This document shows, one piece after another, positions 57,560-64,000 of a DNA stretch of 64,000 bases. A program made the translations under genes and the position numbers. Source of the stretch: an uncultured Dehalococcoidia bacterium. GTDB taxonomy: Bacteria; Chloroflexota; Dehalococcoidia; Lucifugimonadales; UBA3495. The first letter of the stretch is position 1. Each line of letters begins with the position of its first letter. The notes under the pieces were generated by a model that was given only the letters and a program-made list of their open reading frames with translations, searched no databases and was not told where the DNA came from. The stretch is taken from NCBI GenBank assembly GCA_951812625.1, contig CATOSP010000003.1, positions 245,335 to 309,334 of the forward strand, read 5' to 3'.

Positions 57560-58864
57560 CTACTCGTGCAAGATGAGGTTGTCACGGTTGATCACCCACT
57601 CATATGGGCTGATAGCCACACGGCCTCTGATTTTGGCGATGAGCAGGCGTCCATCAGCGTTAATCTCCGCTTCATCAATAGACTTTGACCACGGGTCACT
57701 GTATACGGCCCCGGTGCCTTCATCAATTCTTTGGCGCAGCAGCGTCACATTTTCCTCGGCGGAACCGCCGTCGGCGTGGACCAACACGAGGGCCATGTAA
57801 GGGCCAGCGTCGTCCTTGCCTGCGCCGGTGGCGAAGGCTTGGTACGGGCGCAAGGGGACAGGCTCGGCCAACTTTGCCAAAATACGATCCTGTTCCCCTT
57901 GAGAGAGACCCTCCAGCATCGGACTCGCCCTATACATATCAGGTCCGAAGGTGTTGTCGCTCAGAAGCATTGTGTATGCTCCAAGTTGCGACATCTCCTG
58001 TGCCAGAAGCCGGAACTCTTCCGCGTCCGCGAGAGACGGCCTATTGTCTTGGTAAGCATTTATCAATGCCTCCAGGTTGGCGGTGGAATAGGCGCGGAGC
58101 ACGTAATCGTCCAGCACTGAAATTCGCCCGCCTCTGCCATATCTGTCGAAGACCGGAGGCGCCATTCTTAGTTCCTCATTCATCTCGAGGTCTTCGCCCC
58201 AGCTGTAATATGAGATGCCGCCATGTTCTCCCAGGCTGGGCGTTGGGCATTCGGAGCAGGATTCCAGGGCGTTGTCAATGGTCTTGGGGTCGAAACGGCC
58301 TGTAGCCACCTCCAACACATCTACCAACGTCCCAGGCTCGGTCACGGCAACCCGGTCAACGTTCCGGACATCGAAAGCGACTTGTTGGCTGAAGGCAAGG
58401 TATTCGGTGTAAGACATGCCCTTGGCCTGTTTGTATTCCATATGACGATATGGGCTGAGAAATGACCTGCGCCCAAACGACAGAATCGGCGGGTCGCTGG
58501 CATCACCGCGGAATGACATGGGGGGCAGCCAGTCGTAAAATTCCTCGGTCACGGCCTCGTCGTCTTCCGGCCCCGGCATGTAGGCTACGTCCGCAAATAT
58601 CTGACGGGCCAACGCGTAGTCCTCAATGTATACTGCCTCGCGCGCTTCGGGTGTGTCGGGAATGGCCCTCAGCAGTTCCTCGTAGGGGGATTCTGAAACT
58701 CCTGGGTCTACCGTCTCGGGAGTTTCGAGCGAGTCGGGAATGGGCTTCGGCAGATCCTTGGAAGGGGATTCTGGACCTCCGGGAGCACTGGGGCTCCCAC
58801 AGGCGAATATCGTGGTTGACATCAGGGTCAGCAGGACCAGAACCAAGTGCAAATGTCGCTTCAT
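57560..58864 (-). CDS. Hypothetical lipoprotein
   Basis: IFAC lipobox, Pro-rich linker, SD GGGAG. Confidence 0.75.
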   Translation of the reverse strand: MKRHLHLVLVLLTLMSTTIFACGSPSAPGGPESPSKDLPKPIPDSLETPETVDPGVSESPYEELLRAIPDTPEAREAVYIEDYALARQIFADVAYMPGPEDDEAVTEEFYDWLPPMSFRGDASDPPILSFGRRSFLSPYRHMEYKQAKGMSYTEYLAFSQQVAFDVRNVDRVAVTEPGTLVDVLEVATGRFDPKTIDNALESCSECPTPSLGEHGGISYYSWGEDLEMNEELRMAPPVFDRYGRGGRISVLDDYVLRAYSTANLEALINAYQDNRPSLADAEEFRLLAQEMSQLGAYTMLLSDNTFGPDMYRASPMLEGLSQGEQDRILAKLAEPVPLRPYQAFATGAGKDDAGPYMALVLVHADGGSAEENVTLLRQRIDEGTGAVYSDPWSKSIDEAEINADGRLLIAKIRGRVAISPYEWVINRDNLILHE

Positions 58865-59198
58865 GTCTGTAACTCCCTTGGATTAACAGCAAAGTGCATG
58901 GGCATCGGGGAAGGCGGATCACCGAAGCATAGATGGTCGCGGGATGGAAGTTGCGGAACCGGGAGTGATGACAAGTCTACTGAATGGCTGTCCCGACAAT
59001 CAACCGATCGCCATGCTGCATGGACGAATGCCGCCTCCACAGGCTGTCCGCAAGTGTTAAAATCTCCTTCGAGGGACAGACCCTCAGCGGAAATGCCGGT
59101 CGGCACACGGTGGTTGGACCGGAATTAAGCCGCAGACCGGCAACCGAAAACTGAATTATGGCCATTGGGCGAAGGGCCGCTGGCCAACCGGAGGCGTC

Positions 59199-61187
59199 TT
59201 GGCTATTACAGAATTGGAAATCACCAAACGCACCAGTTTCGCGTCTAGCGAGAGCTTCGCCGACGTGGGCGCGTATGAGCTTCTGGAAGGCACGGCCCAC
59301 TATGCCGTGGACCCGCTCCACCCCCGGAACCAGGGTATCACCGACCTTGACCTGGCCCCACGCAACTCCGCCGGCAAGGTGGAGTTCTCGGCAGACTTCG
59401 CCATGCTCCAGCCCGTGAATGTCGACCGGGGTAACCGCCGCATCCTGTTCGATGTGGTGAACCGGGGCCGGAAGACCGCCCTGAGCATGAACAGCGTCCC
59501 TGCTTCCACTGATCCCACCGCGCCCCTGGAGGCAGGCAACGGATACCTGATGCGCCGGGGTTACACGGTGGTCTTCAGCGGTTGGCAGGCAGACGTGCCG
59601 CCCACCCCCGGACTGATTGGCCTGCACGGGCCGGAAGCCATCGGCCCTCAAGGGTCTTTGACCGGGAAGATTCTGTGCCAGTTCCAGTGCAACGAACCCA
59701 CCCAGGTATTCCTGCTGGCCGACCGGCAGCACCTGCCCAATCCCGCCGCCGACCCCGACGAGGCCGAGGCCACCCTGACGGTGCGGGACCTGCCCAACAG
59801 CCCTGCGACGCCCGTTGACCGGGGCCAGTGGTCCTTCGTACGCGTCGAGGATGAGGACGTGGAGCCTCAGCACAGCCACATCTACATGCCGTCCGGCTTC
59901 GAACCGGGGAAGATCTACCAGTTGGTCTACACCACAACGGGAAGCCGGATAGTGGGACTGGGGTTCGCTGCCATGCGGGACGTCGTGTCCTTCCTCAAGC
60001 ACGCTCCCTCATCTGCGGGGAATCCATGCGCCGGGGCCATCGACTACGCCTACGCGATGGGACGTTCCCAGAGCGGACGCTTCCTGCGCCAGTACATCCA
60101 CACGGGAATCAACGAGGACGAAGAGGACCGGGCGGCGCTGGACGGGATAATCCCCCACGTCGCGGGCGGGATGCGCGGCGAGTTCAACCTGCGCTTCGGC
60201 CAGCCTTCCAAGGACGTCTGCTACATCATCCCTGAGATGTTCCCCTTCACGGACACACTCCAGACCGACCCGGTGACCGGCGCCCAGGGTTCCCTGCTCG
60301 ACGCAATGGAACAGCAGGGCAATGTGCCCAAGATCATGTTTACCAACACCTCGGCCGAGTACTGGCGGGGAGACGCTGCCCTGATACATACTGACCTGGA
60401 AACCCTGACCGACGCCGCGGAGTCCCCCAACGTCCGCCGCTACCACTTCGCCGGGTGTCAGCATGGTTCCGGCGAGTTCCCCCCTCTGGAAGTCCGCACT
60501 AACGATGGCATCAAGGGGCAACTCCCCTTCAACAGCGTGGACTACGCTCCCCTGCTGCGGGCCGCGCTGGACAACCTGGACCGTTGGGTCACCACGGGAG
60601 AGGAGCCTCCCGCCAGCCGTCACCCCAGCCTGAACGACGGTACGGCAGTGGAGTCCTATACATTGCTGGAACGCTTCGCCCAGCTTCCCGGCGTGCGAGT
60701 CCCGCCCCAGGCGACAAGGGCGATAAGGCTGGACTACGGCCCCGAGTCACACCTGGGCCGCACCACCAAGCTGCCTGCCGATGAGGGAGCGGAGTTCCCG
60801 GCTCTGGTGGCCGATCTGGACGAGTCCTTCAACGAGCGGAGAGGCATCTGCCTGCCGGACCTGACCGTCCCGGTGGCCACGTACACCGGCTGGAACCTGC
60901 GCGACGAGAGCATCGGCAACCCCAACCTGTTTATCGGCATTACCGGCGGCCTTGCCGGTTGGACTCTCCGACTCCCCCTGACCGAAGCCGAGCGTGAGTC
61001 CACTGCAGACCCACGCGTCTCCATCGCGGAACGCTACTCCGACCGTGAGGACTACCTGGAGCAGGTGACCCGCGCCGCGATGGACCTGGTAGGTGAGGGA
61101 TACATGCTGGAGGAAGACGTCGCCGAGGTGGTAGACCTGGCCGGGCGCAAGTACGACCACTTTGTGGGAGACGGCGGAGATTGCTGA
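59199..61187 (+). CDS. Alpha/beta hydrolase domain-containing protein
   Basis: DVVNRG, VFSGWQ, nucleophile elbow GRSQSG, EYW, QH. Confidence 0.85.
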   Translation: MAITELEITKRTSFASSESFADVGAYELLEGTAHYAVDPLHPRNQGITDLDLAPRNSAGKVEFSADFAMLQPVNVDRGNRRILFDVVNRGRKTALSMNSVPASTDPTAPLEAGNGYLMRRGYTVVFSGWQADVPPTPGLIGLHGPEAIGPQGSLTGKILCQFQCNEPTQVFLLADRQHLPNPAADPDEAEATLTVRDLPNSPATPVDRGQWSFVRVEDEDVEPQHSHIYMPSGFEPGKIYQLVYTTTGSRIVGLGFAAMRDVVSFLKHAPSSAGNPCAGAIDYAYAMGRSQSGRFLRQYIHTGINEDEEDRAALDGIIPHVAGGMRGEFNLRFGQPSKDVCYIIPEMFPFTDTLQTDPVTGAQGSLLDAMEQQGNVPKIMFTNTSAEYWRGDAALIHTDLETLTDAAESPNVRRYHFAGCQHGSGEFPPLEVRTNDGIKGQLPFNSVDYAPLLRAALDNLDRWVTTGEEPPASRHPSLNDGTAVESYTLLERFAQLPGVRVPPQATRAIRLDYGPESHLGRTTKLPADEGAEFPALVADLDESFNERRGICLPDLTVPVATYTGWNLRDESIGNPNLFIGITGGLAGWTLRLPLTEAERESTADPRVSIAERYSDREDYLEQVTRAAMDLVGEGYMLEEDVAEVVDLAGRKYDHFVGDGGDC

Positions 61188-61272
61188 ACCTGCTTCAGCG
61201 AGTAACGTCCGGGTGAGAAATACGAGTTAGGGTTTTCTTGATCAGGTCCGGTGTGGCCGGTCTGGGGGTAGT

Positions 61273-62727
61273 ATGACAAAGGTACTGGTCGTGGTTTTCG
61301 ACGGGCTTCAACCGACGCAAGTGACCGAAGGGCTGATGCCCAACCTGGCCGCCTTCGCCGCTGGCGGAGTGACTTTCGCCAACCACCATCCTGTGTACCC
61401 GACCGTGACCCGTGCCAACGCCTCCAGCATGGTCACGGGACGCAACCCCGGAGGTCATGGACTGTCCGCCAACACTCTTCTGGTGCGCGACTTCGACCCG
61501 GACCAGGCCATCCCCGCAATGGAACCTCACCTGGAGCGGGTGGCCCAAAAGACCGGGCGGGTCCTGCTGGCTCCTACCCTGGCCGAGGTGCTTTCCGAAC
61601 ACGGCCAGGAATACGTGGCCATCGGCGTAGGCACCAGCGGCAATGCCTACCTGCACAATCCCACCGCCGAGGTCTGCGGCGGTGCAACTATCCACCCAGA
61701 GTTCGCCCTTCCCCGCGCCCTGTACGAGGACATCACTGCCCGGTTCGGCCCCTGGCCCGACGAAGGCCGACCCAACACGGCTCGCATGGCCCACGCCGTC
61801 CGCATCCTGACCGAGTACATACTGCCGGAACGCGACCCGTCGGTCGCTCTCATATGGTCGTCGGAACCGGACAAGTCCCAGCACGACGCCGGGGTCGGGT
61901 CGGAGCTTTCCAACGCCGCCGTAGGTGAAGCCGATGCCCAGTTCGGCAACATCCTGCGATGGCTGAACGAGACCGGCAGGGCGGGTGAGACCAACGTGAT
62001 GGTGGTTTCCGACCACGGCTATTCCACCATAGCGCAGGCGGTCAACGTTCAGGCACTGGTGCGGGAGGCCGGGTTCCCCCTCGGCGGTGAGCCGGGCGGC
62101 GTCGTGGTGGCCAACAACGGCGGCGCGGTCCTCTTCTACTCCAGTCCCTGGGACCAGGATACGGCGGTCCGGCTGGCCCGGTGGCTGATGGCCCAGCCCT
62201 GGTGCGGGAACGTAACCACCGGGGAGAGAGTCGGCAGGGTGCAAGGCACACTACCTGCGTCGCTGGTGGGCAACGAAGGCGAACGCGCCCCCGACGTAAC
62301 CATGTCATTCCGCTGGCGTTCCGAGGGCAACGACGCCGGATACGCCGGTACGATTTACTCTTCGGGTGGAACGCCGGGACAGGGACAGCACGGGTCGATG
62401 GGGCGGTCGGAACTGCACAACATCCTGTTTGCCCGCGGGCCCAATTTCAAGGACAGGCTGAAGGTTGATGCGCCTTCCGGCAATATCGACTTGACTCCGA
62501 CGATCCTGAAACTATTGGGTCTGCTCCCTGTCGATGGCATGGAAGGCCGCGCCCTGGAAGAGGCGATGGTGGGTGGCCCAGACCCATCAGACGTGGACTG
62601 GTCTTCGGACTTCTACAGCACTCAATGTCTCGCCGGGGACAGGGTGTACCGGCAGCAGATCAGGCTGTCCCACGTCGGCGATTCAGTGTACGTTGACGGG
62701 GGGACCAGCAGCTTGGGTCGCAGGTAG
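61273..62727 (+). CDS. Alkaline phosphatase/nucleotide pyrophosphatase-family protein
   Basis: FDG, PTVT (Thr nucleophile), EPDKSQH, SDHG, QHG. Confidence 0.88.
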   Translation: MTKVLVVVFDGLQPTQVTEGLMPNLAAFAAGGVTFANHHPVYPTVTRANASSMVTGRNPGGHGLSANTLLVRDFDPDQAIPAMEPHLERVAQKTGRVLLAPTLAEVLSEHGQEYVAIGVGTSGNAYLHNPTAEVCGGATIHPEFALPRALYEDITARFGPWPDEGRPNTARMAHAVRILTEYILPERDPSVALIWSSEPDKSQHDAGVGSELSNAAVGEADAQFGNILRWLNETGRAGETNVMVVSDHGYSTIAQAVNVQALVREAGFPLGGEPGGVVVANNGGAVLFYSSPWDQDTAVRLARWLMAQPWCGNVTTGERVGRVQGTLPASLVGNEGERAPDVTMSFRWRSEGNDAGYAGTIYSSGGTPGQGQHGSMGRSELHNILFARGPNFKDRLKVDAPSGNIDLTPTILKLLGLLPVDGMEGRALEEAMVGGPDPSDVDWSSDFYSTQCLAGDRVYRQQIRLSHVGDSVYVDGGTSSLGRR

Positions 62728-62796
62728 CACATCCGCTATCTTCGGGGTCACGACTCTCTGGATCACCACACCACGAGCAAATTGGAGCGATAGTCG

Positions 62797-63882
62797 ATGC
62801 CACACAAGGTTACCGGAGTCATTGCGGCCGCAAAGGGCGCAGCCGTGGAACTCAAGGACATCGTGGTTCCGGACCCAGGCCCTGGCGAGGCACTGGTGCG
62901 TGTCAAGGCCTGCGGGGTCTGCCACACGGACCTGCACTACCGGGAAGGGGCGATCAACGACGACTTCCCCTTCTTCCTGGGGCATGAGGCGTCGGGCACC
63001 GTAGAGGCTGTCGGGGAGGGAGTTGACAACATCTCCCCCGGCGACTTTGTGATCATTGCCTGGCGTTCGCCGTGTGGCGGGTGCCGGTCATGCCTGCGCG
63101 GGCGGCCCTGGTACTGCTTTGCCAGCCGCAACGCCAAGAACCCTATGACCCTGGCCGACGGAACAGTGCTTTCACCGGCCCTGGGCATCGGCGCGTTCGC
63201 AGAGCTTACCCTGGTGGATGCCGGACAGGCGGTGAAGGTTGATCCGAAGGCAAACCCCGCAGCCGCCGGACTTATCGGCTGCGGGATCATGGCGGGATTG
63301 GGAGCGGCCATCAATACCGGCGGCGTGAGCCGGGGAGACTCGGTGGCCGTCATCGGGTGTGGCGGCGTGGGAAACGCGGCCATAGCCGGTTCAAAGCTGG
63401 CCGGGGCGCACACCATCATCGCCGTGGACATCGACGACCGCAAGTTGGAGTGGGCGCGGGAGTTCGGCGCGACCCACGCTATCAACTCGACCAGCACCGA
63501 TCCGGTGGGGGCAATCCGCGACCTGACCGGGGGTAACGGAGTCAATGTAGCCATCGAAGCGGTGGGGAACCCCAGTACCTACGAGCAGGCGTTCTATGCC
63601 AGAGACCTCGCGGGAACTGTGGTGCTGGTAGGTGTGCCCAGCCCGGACATGAGGATCGAACTTCCGCTGCTGGAGGTCTTTGGCCGTGGCGGCACTCTCA
63701 AATCGTCCTGGTACGGCGACTGCCTGCCCAGCCGGGACTTCCCCATGTACATCGACCTGTACCTCCAGGACCGGCTGGACCTGGACAGGTTCGTCTCTGA
63801 GACGATTCCACTGGACGGAGTGGAAGAGGCTTTTCACAAGATGGAGCGAGGCGAGGTTCTGAGGTCAGTGGTGGTGTTCTAG
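62797..63882 (+). CDS. Zn-dependent dehydrogenase, S-(hydroxymethyl)mycothiol dehydrogenase-like
   Basis: [55 protein letters not shown]. Confidence 0.85.
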   Translation: MPHKVTGVIAAAKGAAVELKDIVVPDPGPGEALVRVKACGVCHTDLHYREGAINDDFPFFLGHEASGTVEAVGEGVDNISPGDFVIIAWRSPCGGCRSCLRGRPWYCFASRNAKNPMTLADGTVLSPALGIGAFAELTLVDAGQAVKVDPKANPAAAGLIGCGIMAGLGAAINTGGVSRGDSVAVIGCGGVGNAAIAGSKLAGAHTIIAVDIDDRKLEWAREFGATHAINSTSTDPVGAIRDLTGGNGVNVAIEAVGNPSTYEQAFYARDLAGTVVLVGVPSPDMRIELPLLEVFGRGGTLKSSWYGDCLPSRDFPMYIDLYLQDRLDLDRFVSETIPLDGVEEAFHKMERGEVLRSVVVF

Positions 63883-64000
63883 CTGCCAGGCTGGTGACGC
63901 CAATACATCATAGGCACAGAGACAAGGCTTTAGGGTATTATTGAGCTGACCCGGCAACTTGGCATGGAGACAACTAGTGACTACCAGAGAGATGAGCCCG

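Overview
A GC-rich bacterial chromosomal window. Its gene content points to Chloroflexota/Dehalococcoidia, probably SAR202 (inference): an F420-type LLM oxidoreductase, a mandelate-racemase/enolase protein, tandem acyl-CoA dehydrogenases, lipoprotein SBPs with EKEV linkers and DUF1800/DUF1501 pairs. It contains tRNA-Gly(GCC), coaX-coaBC, two copies of a DUF1800-DUF1501-NHL operon, and a four-gene ACAD cluster with two degenerate members. There is also a peptide/nickel-type ABC cluster (four SBPs, two permease pairs, no ATPase), a small-molecule catabolic block, rtcB, a CapA-like gene and a mycothiol-type formaldehyde dehydrogenase homolog. Accessory inserts include Uma2, a DUF433/DUF5615 toxin-antitoxin pair, a NYN nuclease preceded by a promoter, structured RNA and terminator, and an ABC-ATPase + PIN pair next to rtcB. 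The strongest candidates for undescribed systems are: (1) the ncRNA-NYN cassette, (2) the ATPase-PIN(-RtcB) locus, (3) the duplicated DUF1800-DUF1501-NHL triad, and (4) a LexA-box-controlled locus carrying helically phased 10-bp repeats that recur at a second site. All family calls come from motif recognition by eye; no database searches were run.
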